A stretch of 32,763 bases of DNA from a virus (IMGVR_UViG_3300012232_000035:1-32763), one strand, 5' to 3'. Shown: positions 9,797 to 19,246, counted from the first letter of the stretch. Translations and numbers: made by a program. Notes: generated from the sequence alone by a model not told the origin.

Positions 9797-10696
9797 TTAC
9801 TTTTCCTTCTTAGGTGCTGGTTTAGGTTCAGCAAATTTCACTTTGTCATCTGTCTCTTTGATATGCACTTGTCCTGTTATAGGTGGCAGCTTAGCTCCTT
9901 CCTCGCGTTCTTTCCTAATTCGCTCATCTTCCTTCTTTGCTGCCTCGTCCATATCTGCCATAAGCTTAAGCCGTTCTCCTTCTTTATCATCACTTTTCTC
10001 AGGCTCGCTTGCTTCCTTAAGTGCCTTTGCAGCAACTGCCCTATCATGTTCAGCGGCATCCTTTTCCTCTTTAGTCATGGAGGGGGCGACTGTGGCTGTA
10101 CCACCCGAACCGAACTGGTTCATGCCAAGAGGAATAGTGAGACCAGATCTATTAGTGAAGCCTGTCTCAATTACGCCTGCTGCTGCTACGTCTGCTGCTG
10201 CAGTAACCATCTTCATGGTAAAACCTGTGAAAGCTGGCCCAGCACCAGCATCACGGCTACCACCGCCGCCAGCAGCGCCAATACCAAATCCGGCGGTATA
10301 CGGTACATTTCTTGATAGTCCTGCAGGATCAGTTGTTGTCTTTCCAGCGGCATCACTCTTGCCACCACCAATATACATCATTGTACCATCACCAGCAGTT
10401 CTATCTGGCTTTGTAATACCTGGTGTATAGTCATCGGTAAAGTTGTATGTTGGACCACTTGTTATTTGGACATTTGGAACGCCTTGTGGGCCTACGTTAA
10501 GTCCAAAACCAATGCCAGTGGACAAACCACCAGTAGATGCATTTGCATTTGCTACGCCAGTTCCAGTTGCGTAGTCCTTGTCATTGTCCTTAGGTGAGCC
10601 CTTAGGACCAGAGATCAGATCAAAGATGACAGGCGTACCAGTGCTTGGGTTCGCTGCATTTTGAACGGGCGTTGCGCCTGGAAGTCCAGCTGGCAT
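9797..10696 (-). CDS. Putative capsid-associated protein, Gly/Thr-rich N-terminal part plus charged C-terminal tail
   Basis: 299-aa ORF with strong RBS (AAGGAG) 6 nt upstream, two genes downstream of the MCP. Confidence 0.65.
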   Translation of the reverse strand: MPAGLPGATPVQNAANPSTGTPVIFDLISGPKGSPKDNDKDYATGTGVANANASTGGLSTGIGFGLNVGPQGVPNVQITSGPTYNFTDDYTPGITKPDRTAGDGTMMYIGGGKSDAAGKTTTDPAGLSRNVPYTAGFGIGAAGGGGSRDAGAGPAFTGFTMKMVTAAADVAAAGVIETGFTNRSGLTIPLGMNQFGSGGTATVAPSMTKEEKDAAEHDRAVAAKALKEASEPEKSDDKEGERLKLMADMDEAAKKEDERIRKEREEGAKLPPITGQVHIKETDDKVKFAEPKPAPKKEK

Positions 10697-10707
10697 TATA
10701 TGCTCCT

Positions 10708-10729
10708 TTAAAGGAGGGACTAGCCCTCC
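10708..10729 (-). terminator. Stem-loop after the capsid genes (probable leaky intrinsic terminator)
   Basis: Minus strand GGAGGG-CTAGT-CCCTCC followed by TTT, 5 nt after the stop of the 144-aa gene. Confidence 0.5.
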
Positions 10730-10734
10730 ATATA

Positions 10735-11169
10735 TTACTCAGTAGAAGGTGTAGGTGTAGGACCTGTTGGTACAAATACTACAACCCACCCAGTTTGCGG
10801 TGTCCATACAACCTTCGACACCAATCGCGGTTCATCTGGTCCTGCATCAGGGGGCAAATAGATCGGATGCGACGGAAATGGAGGCAACCCTTGATCTGGC
10901 CGCGGTTGTTGTCCTGGCAATCCTTGATCAGGATAAGGTTGGTTCCCAGGCAAACTATTGTCTGGATATACATCCGGTCTATAGATCGGATGACTTGGAT
11001 AACCGCCTTGTCCACCAGGTAAACTGTTATCAGGATAAGGTGGATTTGGACGTGCCCAAGGTGGAGAATAGCCTGGATCAACTGGGCCACCTTGACCACC
11101 ACCACCAGGAGGTGGACCGCCAGTATCGCCAATAGGCGTAATTAGCGCAAGAAATGGATGAGGATTCAT
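10735..11169 (-). CDS. Proline-rich repeat protein
   Basis: 144 aa with PDNSLPG x2, PDQGLP x2 and PSHPIY x2; fills the gap directly after the MCP. Confidence 0.75.
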   Translation of the reverse strand: MNPHPFLALITPIGDTGGPPPGGGGQGGPVDPGYSPPWARPNPPYPDNSLPGGQGGYPSHPIYRPDVYPDNSLPGNQPYPDQGLPGQQPRPDQGLPPFPSHPIYLPPDAGPDEPRLVSKVVWTPQTGWVVVFVPTGPTPTPSTE

Positions 11170-11183
11170 ATTTGCCTTTAGGG

Positions 11184-12164
11184 TTACTCGTTCATAAGCC
11201 CCTGGAATTGCAGACCACTTGAAGTGAGGTTACCAGCCCAAGCCAGGATTTGGACTGCTGCATCTTGGTTCACTGAATACCTTTGTCCAGGTGACAGCGG
11301 AACCATGTTACGATCCCGGTGTGGGCGGAAATGCAGATACTTAGTATTAAGGAAGTATGCAGTGCTGGCAGGCATATAGCCACCAATACCACCATCCATG
11401 ACCACGTCGGCATCCATATACTTAACACTAACAAAACCCAGGGTTGCATTGTCGCTGCTAGAGAAGCGCTGCATGGCTTGCAGGCTGCCCATATACAGAC
11501 CCCAATAGACGTTATCTACAATGATCAGGTCAGGACGATCTGCACCGCGGACAGTCTTTGCCCAGAGGCGGTTGAAGTATGTCTGAATGTTAGCAGACGT
11601 AGTAGCGCCAGGACCATCAGTCGAAGCATCAAACACCTGATTGCGCCAGAAAGGCCATGGGTTGCGGTCAATGCCACCCACCACACCTGATGTAGGTACA
11701 GCAATGATCTGTTTTAGCAGACCATCAACCTGCTTACCAGCTGCAGCGCTACCATCACTATAGACCCCTTGCGCGAGCAAGTTAGCCATAGATGATTCAG
11801 CTACATTGATACGAGCTTCTAGCAGATCAATGACCTGTTCCTTGCCGTTGTTCTGCAGTTGATCCAGACCAGAGATGGTTACTGGGCATGCAGCTTGCTT
11901 AATGTCATACTGTGCCGCACTGATCACATCTTGTGCAGCAACTGGCAGCAGGTCGTAACCAGCATACCATCCAGCATTACCATTAGCCTGGAACGACAGT
12001 TCTTGCATAATGACGTTACCGCCACCGAACGGCTTTACATTACCCTTCTGCTGCAGACGAGACAGAAGGGCATTGTTCTTAGTAACGTTATCTGCAATCT
12101 TTCCAGTACGAGATTGAATAGTAGTAGCAATAATGTCACTTATTGCTGCGTTTGCGAATGCCAT
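11184..12164 (-). CDS. Major capsid protein
   Basis: 326 aa, strong RBS (TAAGGAG), follows the scaffold gene. IIATTIQSRTGKIADNVTKNNALL...GGIDR...YFLNTKYL is a recognisable podovirus MCP pattern. Confidence 0.9.
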   Translation of the reverse strand: MAFANAAISDIIATTIQSRTGKIADNVTKNNALLSRLQQKGNVKPFGGGNVIMQELSFQANGNAGWYAGYDLLPVAAQDVISAAQYDIKQAACPVTISGLDQLQNNGKEQVIDLLEARINVAESSMANLLAQGVYSDGSAAAGKQVDGLLKQIIAVPTSGVVGGIDRNPWPFWRNQVFDASTDGPGATTSANIQTYFNRLWAKTVRGADRPDLIIVDNVYWGLYMGSLQAMQRFSSSDNATLGFVSVKYMDADVVMDGGIGGYMPASTAYFLNTKYLHFRPHRDRNMVPLSPGQRYSVNQDAAVQILAWAGNLTSSGLQFQGLMNE

Positions 12165-12294
12165 TTTTTGGCTCCTTAGAAGGTTTCACAGGTTCACGAG
12201 GTTCACCTGGATCATTCCGAGTTTGCCGAATAGGTGGGCTTTCTGTTCGTCGCGGGGGCGATAAACCTGTCAGATTTCTGATAAGGTAAAACAT
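12136..12294 (-). CDS. Possible 52-aa Pro/Arg-rich micro-ORF between scaffold and MCP
   Basis: ATG overlaps the scaffold stop (TAATG). MFYLIRNLTGLSPPRRTESPPIRQTRNDPGEPREPVKPSKEPKNGIRKRSNK overlaps the MCP start by 29 nt. Confidence 0.3.
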   Translation of the reverse strand: MFYLIRNLTGLSPPRRTESPPIRQTRNDPGEPREPVKPSKEPKNGIRKRSNK

Positions 12295-13334
12295 TATCTT
12301 CCCGATACATGTTCAAAAGCACTTTCTATTGCACCACGGAGTGTCTCCGCATTGTTCACATGCGTAGGTGTGCTCGAGGGTAGACTCTTAATAGAAGCTG
12401 ATGCTTGCAACGCTTTCTGTGCACGAGCATCACTCGCAGACAGTTGCTGTTGTTGCGCATTAACTGGAAGAGTCACTGGTCCTTCTGCGGCCCAAGCAGG
12501 GTTCATTCCAACTGCCATGTTGTAAGCTTGTCCAGGCGTCAAGTAACGCCCGCGCTTTGCATTCATTTCTACAAGATCTGCCATATCCTCACGAACCTCT
12601 TCGAAGTGTGGAAATGTAACAGTATCTTCTGACATTCTCTCAATTTCTATTACAGCATCGTTGCGAGTCCTTTGCTGGCGCATGAGGTCTAACTCTTGCT
12701 GTTGCTGTATGAAATTCTGAATCGGAGATAGCTTTTGTTCAAGAAGTTGCTCGAGAGCAGATCTTGTAGGATCTGTGGGACCTGTACCTGCTAAAGCTGA
12801 ATCAAGCTCTTTGATGTCAACGCCATAGTCCTTAATGAGCTTTGCCATAAGATGAGCTCGTTGGACTGGAGGAAATGACGACAGTGCATGTTCAACTTGT
12901 AACAGGTTTGCAATAGCTTCTAATGGCTTACCATAGCTCATTAGATGGGCTTCATAGGGACGAATAACTTCTTGAAACTGTCTACTGAATTCTCTTACTT
13001 GATTATTTTCACCAAATGACTTAGTAATTTCCTTTTCTCTACGATTAATTTCTGCTTTAACTTCGGGATCAAGTGTTGCCCATTTCGGAGCAACATTAGA
13101 TTTCCAAGATTTGGGTGCATGGTCTACCGGCGCCTTAGCTTCGGAAGCAAGCGGAACCGCAGTTTCTGGAACCTCCGTCGGAGTAGCAGGAGCTTCAGCA
13201 GGAGCCGGACTTTTAGGTTCCTCCGAAGGTGGAGGTGCAGGTGGGGGCGGTGCTGCTGCCTCTACAGGCACAGGTGTTTCGCTCTCAACCTTTTCTACTG
13301 CAGCATCTAACGCTTCACGGAGATCATCTGGCAT
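12294..13334 (-). CDS. Capsid scaffolding protein
   Basis: 346 aa; acidic/Pro-rich N-terminus, APKSWK...WATL...EINRRE motif, helical, and terminal LRxA(L/I)xxA helices; upstream of the MCP. Confidence 0.8.
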   Translation of the reverse strand: MPDDLREALDAAVEKVESETPVPVEAAAPPPPAPPPSEEPKSPAPAEAPATPTEVPETAVPLASEAKAPVDHAPKSWKSNVAPKWATLDPEVKAEINRREKEITKSFGENNQVREFSRQFQEVIRPYEAHLMSYGKPLEAIANLLQVEHALSSFPPVQRAHLMAKLIKDYGVDIKELDSALAGTGPTDPTRSALEQLLEQKLSPIQNFIQQQQELDLMRQQRTRNDAVIEIERMSEDTVTFPHFEEVREDMADLVEMNAKRGRYLTPGQAYNMAVGMNPAWAAEGPVTLPVNAQQQQLSASDARAQKALQASASIKSLPSSTPTHVNNAETLRGAIESAFEHVSGR

Positions 13335-13498
13335 TATACTACCTTAACCTTTCTTAAAGCCTGAACTTGAGCTTTCGCTTTGTCTGCGGCATTAAACTCT
13401 TTCCCCACAACTTGTGGGACATTTGCTTTCTTAGCAAACTGTGGATTGTGTGCCACAGCAGCCATAAATCTTTGCTGTTTAGGTGAACTACTTGGCAT
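13334..13498 (-). CDS. Small conserved phage protein (54 aa)
   Basis: Below the ORF-track cutoff. MPSSSPKQQRFMAAVAHNPQFAKKANVPQVVGKEFNAADKAKAQVQALRKVKVV is a recurrent phage micro-protein motif; TAATG-coupled to the scaffold gene. Confidence 0.8.
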   Translation of the reverse strand: MPSSSPKQQRFMAAVAHNPQFAKKANVPQVVGKEFNAADKAKAQVQALRKVKVV

Positions 13499-13796
13499 TT
13501 TCATTCTCCCTATTCCAGTAACCTTTTTGGATCATTGCCTTCTTTATATCCTCAAGTGTGCTCTTATCTGAAGTATATCTCTGCCTCAGAGGTAAACCTT
13601 TAAGATCTGCAGTTGGCACAACATTATGCCGAGCACAATGATCCCGAAGACCAGCTCTTCCATGAATGACAGTGCCGTCAATAGGGGATATGACGTCAGG
13701 TAAGTCAGGCATAATAGTGGGGCCATTTCTTTCGCGTTGTGGCTCTGTGCCTTTTTCATAAGCTACCCCATCTATGTAAATAAAACATTTACGCAT
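13488..13796 (-). CDS. Conserved portal-adjacent phage protein
   Basis: SPIDGTVIxGRxxLRDHCxRHNV motif; overlaps the portal stop. Confidence 0.7.
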   Translation of the reverse strand: MRKCFIYIDGVAYEKGTEPQRERNGPTIMPDLPDVISPIDGTVIHGRAGLRDHCARHNVVPTADLKGLPLRQRYTSDKSTLEDIKKAMIQKGYWNRENENAK

Positions 13797-16131
13797 TTTT
13801 CTTCACCTCTTTAGCTTGTTTCAGCTTTTGCTCATGGGTTTGCTGATCTTGCTTACCCTTGGCCATTCTATCTACCATATCAAAGAGAGACTCTTGTTTA
13901 AGGTGCTCTATGTTCTGTCTATGTGATTGGGCATTAGCTTGAAGATCTTGTTGATTCTTCAACGCCTTAAACCTCATATCAGCCATACTAGTCATCTGTT
14001 TCATTTTCGCAGTTGCCATGTCGCTCTGTTGCTTTATCTGGGCTGACTTTGCGTCTCCTTGGGTTTTTGCTTCGATTTGCTTAATTTGAGCGTCGGCCTT
14101 CTTTTCTTCTGGGGTTGGTTGGGGTGGCTGTCCTGCTTGTTGTTGTTGGGCTTTGAGTTGGTTGTCGAGTTCACGATCAAGCATCCCTTCTATATCACGA
14201 GCACCTTTAAAGCCAGAGACAACCCACTTCAGGATATTGACAAGCATTGGGGCCATCTGAGGCGCCTGTTGAATCATTGCCGTAGCTTGCGGCAGATACC
14301 CTGCCACAGACGACAATAACTCAATTCTATCTTGTTTTTCCATAGCATAGTCTGCTTGAGCCATCTGGTCAGAGGTAACAGTAATACGCCATTCAAAGCC
14401 TTCCTCTGACTGTACCATGTCGAGGGCTTCATCTGCGAGTGCTGCATCGTCTGTTCTGAGTATATTGCTCTTTCTCTTTAGGATTTCAGGGTCAAAGTGC
14501 TTGACCATGATTTCCGCTTTAAGTCGAAGAAGTTCGCTGGCAAATTGTGCGATTTCATCTTGAGTATCTTTGATTCTAACCGAAGCAAATTTCGCCTTAA
14601 TTTCTTGTGCCCCAAGGGTTTCAGATGCTTTAGATGCCCCCCGGACAATATCAGAAATTCCAGTAAGTTCATAGATTTGAGCTTTCGTTGATTCACGCGC
14701 TTCGTATAATCTTTGAAGTGCTTGAACCACCTTTTCGAGGGGGAGCCAATCCACTGCACCTGCGACACCGCCTTTCTCTGCGAACATTGCCCAGTCAGAA
14801 ACTGGGATCATAATGTTATCCACACCCTCTTGGAGCATCCTTTGAATGCCTGTAGCAGAAGAATCATAGACACCAACTACCTTTACTGCCTTTGTAAGGA
14901 GAGCAATTCTGTTATTGAGCGTGTCCATCTCTACATATTGATCCTGGACAAAATAGTAGTCAGGTCTGGGTACAGTGTTAGAAGTGGTAATGTTAGCCAA
15001 TAGAGGCTTAGGACAAGGCTCAAACCCAACAAGATTAAGAAAGTCGTCTTTTTCATCGAGAATCTCTGGATAATCTTTACAAAGCCAGTAGACCTTCCGA
15101 TCTGTACGATCCCATATCTCATAGATACATGCCATCTGCATCGCTTGATGCTCAGGCGTTGAACTTACTGGATAAAGCGACATGTTTGCATTAAAGGGGC
15201 GGAAATTCAAGGGGATATTCTCCGCCATTTCAGCCCCAAACCTCTTAATCAACGCAGCATGATCCATGTACACACGGCGTGCTGTCCAACGACGCTCTTC
15301 CCATATCCTGCATGGACTCCAAAGGAAGTCTTCCCAGTACACATAGTCTATTACGACCCTTTGATCTGTGATCTTCTTAAAGGTCATCACTTGTGGGGGT
15401 GGTGGCGGAACAGCCTGCTGTTGTAGCCCCATTGCAGGAGGTGGTCCTCCTGGGCCGGGCATAGGCTGACCGCCACCATTTGGTATATTAGGCGGTGCCT
15501 GCGGCGGCATTTGAGGCCCCTGCGGTGGCACTTGAGGAGGCTGACCGCCACCCATAGGCATCTGTGGTGGCATCGGCGGGGGAGGATTTGCTGCCATTTG
15601 AGCTTGTTGCTCATCTGGCGCTGGACCAGTAGCAAATCCAGAGTTATCAGGCATTTCACCTGATGGATACGCATTAAGAGTCAGTTCTACGTCTTCTATG
15701 TCTGTCTCGAGACGTAACCACACCTGTCCAAGACCTGGAATTAGTCTATCCAGGACTACATATTGCATCGCGGAATTGAATGTATCCCTAGGGTCATCCT
15801 TATCAGGCGATATGCAACGCTGTAAGATCATAGCACCTACACGTGCGAGGTCATCCTGATAGTCAATGAACTTCCTACTTACCTCTGGTTTAGGTAATTG
15901 GGCATACATTGCCGCTTTAAGGATCTTTGTGTTAGCATAGAACAGGTTAAACCACTTTTGATGCGAATCTAGAGCATCTCTTTCGTCCAAATAGCGTCGT
16001 ACAACCTTACGTGCACGCTCGTAGTACTTCTTTAACTCGCTTTCGGCATAGTTAACCTCAGTTATCCACCGCTGGTGCGGTGGCATCTCATGAGGGTCTT
16101 TAATGACAGGTGAGCGATCAGGCATTACCAT
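13789..16131 (-). CDS. Portal protein
   Basis: 780 aa between TerL and scaffold; FNLFYAN, PKPEVSR, IYELTGISDIVRG and ETLGAQEIK motifs; C-terminal Gln/Lys coiled-coil barrel. Confidence 0.88.
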   Translation of the reverse strand: MVMPDRSPVIKDPHEMPPHQRWITEVNYAESELKKYYERARKVVRRYLDERDALDSHQKWFNLFYANTKILKAAMYAQLPKPEVSRKFIDYQDDLARVGAMILQRCISPDKDDPRDTFNSAMQYVVLDRLIPGLGQVWLRLETDIEDVELTLNAYPSGEMPDNSGFATGPAPDEQQAQMAANPPPPMPPQMPMGGGQPPQVPPQGPQMPPQAPPNIPNGGGQPMPGPGGPPPAMGLQQQAVPPPPPQVMTFKKITDQRVVIDYVYWEDFLWSPCRIWEERRWTARRVYMDHAALIKRFGAEMAENIPLNFRPFNANMSLYPVSSTPEHQAMQMACIYEIWDRTDRKVYWLCKDYPEILDEKDDFLNLVGFEPCPKPLLANITTSNTVPRPDYYFVQDQYVEMDTLNNRIALLTKAVKVVGVYDSSATGIQRMLQEGVDNIMIPVSDWAMFAEKGGVAGAVDWLPLEKVVQALQRLYEARESTKAQIYELTGISDIVRGASKASETLGAQEIKAKFASVRIKDTQDEIAQFASELLRLKAEIMVKHFDPEILKRKSNILRTDDAALADEALDMVQSEEGFEWRITVTSDQMAQADYAMEKQDRIELLSSVAGYLPQATAMIQQAPQMAPMLVNILKWVVSGFKGARDIEGMLDRELDNQLKAQQQQAGQPPQPTPEEKKADAQIKQIEAKTQGDAKSAQIKQQSDMATAKMKQMTSMADMRFKALKNQQDLQANAQSHRQNIEHLKQESLFDMVDRMAKGKQDQQTHEQKLKQAKEVKKNA

Positions 16132-17549
16132 TTACCTCTACGTCTTAAAGCATGCGTTTGCATATCAGCAATGTAATCATGCAGCTCGTTGTCATCTTTG
16201 AATTCAGATCGTTTATAGACAGGCACGCCTTCACGACCCTTTTTCTGCATTAGATTCCACTTTGCTATTTCATACTCTTTATCTGTATCTGCAATATAAC
16301 CAAGAAAGTTATCTTTATTTATCTGCATCGGTCCATAGCGTTTAAGCTCAGCATAGTCTGATGGATTATAATCAATCATTTGCTTCTTATACGCACGAAG
16401 TCTTTCTGTGACAGCTTTAACAAACTCAGGATCTTGAAACTTAGGATCCTTAGAATTCGCCCAATATTTAGGGTTTAATGCTTCGCTTTGCAAGGCATTT
16501 GCAATCTCAGTACCTCTATTTATTGGATCAAGACCTTTTGCATCTCGTATAGCTCCATAATCCTTCCCAGTCATTTCATCATATTTATTTCTCAATATTT
16601 CACCTGGGTAACTATCACTTTTACGAAGGCGTGCTGCACCTTTAGGACTATCTAAAAAATGCTCATATGATTGAAACCTAGGCGTAGTATTCATTGACAT
16701 AGTGGATGGTTCAAAGGCAACCATGCCTTTACCGCCACCACCCTCTGCGCCTGTACCACCTAGTGTATAATGCCTTGTGAATCTATCATCCAAACGTGCC
16801 CTAACGCGTTCATCAACAGGGAGTTTTTGGTCTGTTTCTTTAGCTAATTCAAGCATTTCTTGCTCATAGGACATGCCTCTACGTGGTGAATAAAAATCAT
16901 GAGCTTTAAGCACTGTATTTTGAGTCTTTGGATCTAACTTTCTAGGGTCAGGTATAAGCACATTACGACCAAATGCATCCAATGTTGATCTATTTGGAGC
17001 TAGATCTGACGTTACAGCAAAAGATGGATGTGTAAGCTCCTTAAGCGGCGCTGTTTCCTTCTGACTCATCGCATATTGAGGTGGTAAACCACTAATACCT
17101 TCAGTTGTATGGTATATAGCTAAGTCTCTACCTCGTGGTTCACCTTGTTTATCAAGGTATATCGCACCACGTTGTGCTTCTGGGCTTCCTCTAGGGGCAG
17201 GTGTGTCTTTAACTGGTGTTCTACCCACGTTACCGCGTAAAAATGCAGGTAAAATACCCGTTGCCATGCGTGCTGCGTCGTATCCACCACCTTCACCTTC
17301 TTTCTCTTCCAAAGGCGTACCTTTTGCGAGCCAATCTGAGCTAAACGGTACGTTTTTCTTCTCTATGAGGTCAGGGGGAGTATCTATTAGCCCTAACTTG
17401 TGTGCTCCATACCCATATCCTGCGATGCCGAGGTTAGCCACATCCGTAGCGAGGTCGACAGGTGTACCCATTGCATCAGCTGTAAGACCACGCACTCCAC
17501 CTCTTAAGAGGTTGAGTATCCGCGATGTTTCTACTTGTCTATCAGGCAT
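16125..17549 (-). CDS. 474-aa protein between TerL and portal, possible ADP-ribosyltransferase-like domain
   Basis: TAATG-coupled to terL. Hydrophobic Gly/Ala N-terminus, then IYHTT, PSFAV, FG, DP, DFYSPR and DYAELK motifs. The CDS is solid; the function is inferred. Confidence 0.55.
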   Translation of the reverse strand: MPDRQVETSRILNLLRGGVRGLTADAMGTPVDLATDVANLGIAGYGYGAHKLGLIDTPPDLIEKKNVPFSSDWLAKGTPLEEKEGEGGGYDAARMATGILPAFLRGNVGRTPVKDTPAPRGSPEAQRGAIYLDKQGEPRGRDLAIYHTTEGISGLPPQYAMSQKETAPLKELTHPSFAVTSDLAPNRSTLDAFGRNVLIPDPRKLDPKTQNTVLKAHDFYSPRRGMSYEQEMLELAKETDQKLPVDERVRARLDDRFTRHYTLGGTGAEGGGGKGMVAFEPSTMSMNTTPRFQSYEHFLDSPKGAARLRKSDSYPGEILRNKYDEMTGKDYGAIRDAKGLDPINRGTEIANALQSEALNPKYWANSKDPKFQDPEFVKAVTERLRAYKKQMIDYNPSDYAELKRYGPMQINKDNFLGYIADTDKEYEIAKWNLMQKKGREGVPVYKRSEFKDDNELHDYIADMQTHALRRRGKW

Positions 17550-18865
17550 TATGCTATTCTACGGTTCTTTATCACCCTATCAGCATTATCAAGATACAAC
17601 TCGTCAAGACTATAACCAAGTCTTTTTTCAACCTCAATATCCTGGGATGTCTGCGGTTTTCTTCTCTTACAGACCACAGCCATATACCCAAACGCATCCG
17701 CGTAATCTGAGCACCAGTCATGCTTTGGTTTATCATCGAAAATGAGCAACTTGTCGTCCCACTCTCTATGATATCCTTTCAAGGCTTCAATAAGGTCTTC
17801 CGTCTCTTCTTCTTCGAAGTACATCAGAGGGAATACCCTACGTGTAGCCGATATTCTATCCTTTACTTTATGATCAGGTACTATATTTGGCCTTATACCT
17901 TCAATTAGAAACTGTTCAACTATTGACTTCTTTGTCTGGAGATTCTTTGCCCGTGCGTCATGGGGGAGCCAGACATCTCCTAAACCATCACCTAACTCAT
18001 ACAATATGCCTATATAATGCAGAATGTCCTTACCACTAGCTGCATAGACCTTCACTATGCGTATATTCCCTTGAAGATCCTCCTGCCAGAAGACCATCAC
18101 TGTCGCATCTGTGAACCCCAGGTCGAATACTACATTAACTTTAAGGGCAGGATCTAGTAGTCCGTGCTGTACGCGCCCCTCATAAAACACAGAGTTAATC
18201 TCATCGGCATATATGGCACCTTTGAGGGCGGAATCAAAAGAGCACTCATATTCCTGGGCATACTCTTCGGGATCCATATCTTCCCGTAGGTCTGCCAGTT
18301 CTTCTTTACCAATGATGCCACTAGACGAAGCACGAAGTAGCATCGTGAAGTACTTTGAAGGTAAACTGAGTCCTCTTTTGTACTCCGTATGGAACAAGTT
18401 CTTACCTCTAGGAGTAGAGGCGAAGACCCACCAGCCATTACGATCAGATAATGCAGGACGAATAACCTGACTAAAGACTGAGGGTCTAAAAAGTGCATAT
18501 TCATCTCCTACACCACCATCCAGATACATACCCCGAAGACTGTCAGGATTATCAGCACCCAGGCAATATATTGTTCTATCACCATGAAGGGTAATTTTGA
18601 GCTCACTTTCTGCCGGAGGCTTTGAAAAGTATCTCTCACCATAGTCCTTCATGTATTGCCATGCGATGCGCTTTGCTTGTCTGTATGTAGGGCCAACATA
18701 AGCGAGTTGAGGTCTCTCCAACGGGCATTCAAGAGCCCCAACGATACAATCATTGACCAAAGCAACTGTCTTGCCTGCTCTGCGGTGAGTACAGAGCACT
18801 GCCCACCGTTGCTTCCTGTTGTGGAAGTCAAGGAACGCGTCGCGGGGGGCATACTCTTTACTCAC
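17549..18865 (-). CDS. terL: Terminase large subunit
   Basis: Walker A HRRAGKT, Walker B GVGDEY, coupling motif STPRG, and nuclease motifs VFDLG, LPHDA and DYADAF. Confidence 0.95.
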   Translation of the reverse strand: MSKEYAPRDAFLDFHNRKQRWAVLCTHRRAGKTVALVNDCIVGALECPLERPQLAYVGPTYRQAKRIAWQYMKDYGERYFSKPPAESELKITLHGDRTIYCLGADNPDSLRGMYLDGGVGDEYALFRPSVFSQVIRPALSDRNGWWVFASTPRGKNLFHTEYKRGLSLPSKYFTMLLRASSSGIIGKEELADLREDMDPEEYAQEYECSFDSALKGAIYADEINSVFYEGRVQHGLLDPALKVNVVFDLGFTDATVMVFWQEDLQGNIRIVKVYAASGKDILHYIGILYELGDGLGDVWLPHDARAKNLQTKKSIVEQFLIEGIRPNIVPDHKVKDRISATRRVFPLMYFEEEETEDLIEALKGYHREWDDKLLIFDDKPKHDWCSDYADAFGYMAVVCKRRKPQTSQDIEVEKRLGYSLDELYLDNADRVIKNRRIA

Positions 18866-19199
18866 TTTCTTGCTCTTTCGACAGCTTCGGTACCAGGTCT
18901 ACTACATCTGCGTCCATGGGCTGCTCGTCGGCCCTTTTGTAGCTCAATCTATCCCTTGTCAGCCACGGTATATCTATTACTATCTTTTCTCTATCTCCTT
19001 CTGGAGCAGAGGCGGGGAGCAATTTCGAGATAGCCTGGACAAATACTCGCGCATTCTGGTCATTCTTGCCTGCAAACTCCACTAACCACTCACTTCCTCC
19101 TAAATGGTCAAAGGCTTCCCTGAAGACTTCACGAAGCTGTCGTGTTATCTTCTTCGGAGAGGCTGGGAGGGAGAGATCGGTATCTCTAAGCTGCTGCAT
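18858..19199 (-). CDS. terS: Putative terminase small subunit
   Basis: Immediately upstream of terL; EAFDHLGGxxWL...F...SKLLP motif; start MQQL at 19199 lies downstream of a -10 box. Confidence 0.7.
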   Translation of the reverse strand: MQQLRDTDLSLPASPKKITRQLREVFREAFDHLGGSEWLVEFAGKNDQNARVFVQAISKLLPASAPEGDREKIVIDIPWLTRDRLSYKRADEQPMDADVVDLVPKLSKEQESE

Positions 19200-19217
19200 A
19201 AAACTGCCTAAAATATA

Positions 19218-19246
19218 ATTATAACACACAGATCAACAAAAGGGAA
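19218..19246 (-). promoter_or_regulatory. Extended -10 promoter for the morphogenesis operon
   Basis: Minus strand TTCCCT-N17-TATAAT with TGn immediately before the -10, 18 nt upstream of the terS ATG. Confidence 0.6.

Noticed and set aside
11170-11190. T7 10A/10B-style extension of the MCP into the Pro-rich gene
   Set aside because: No slippery heptamer near the MCP end, a second in-frame TAA follows, and the downstream gene has its own AAGG RBS and ATG.
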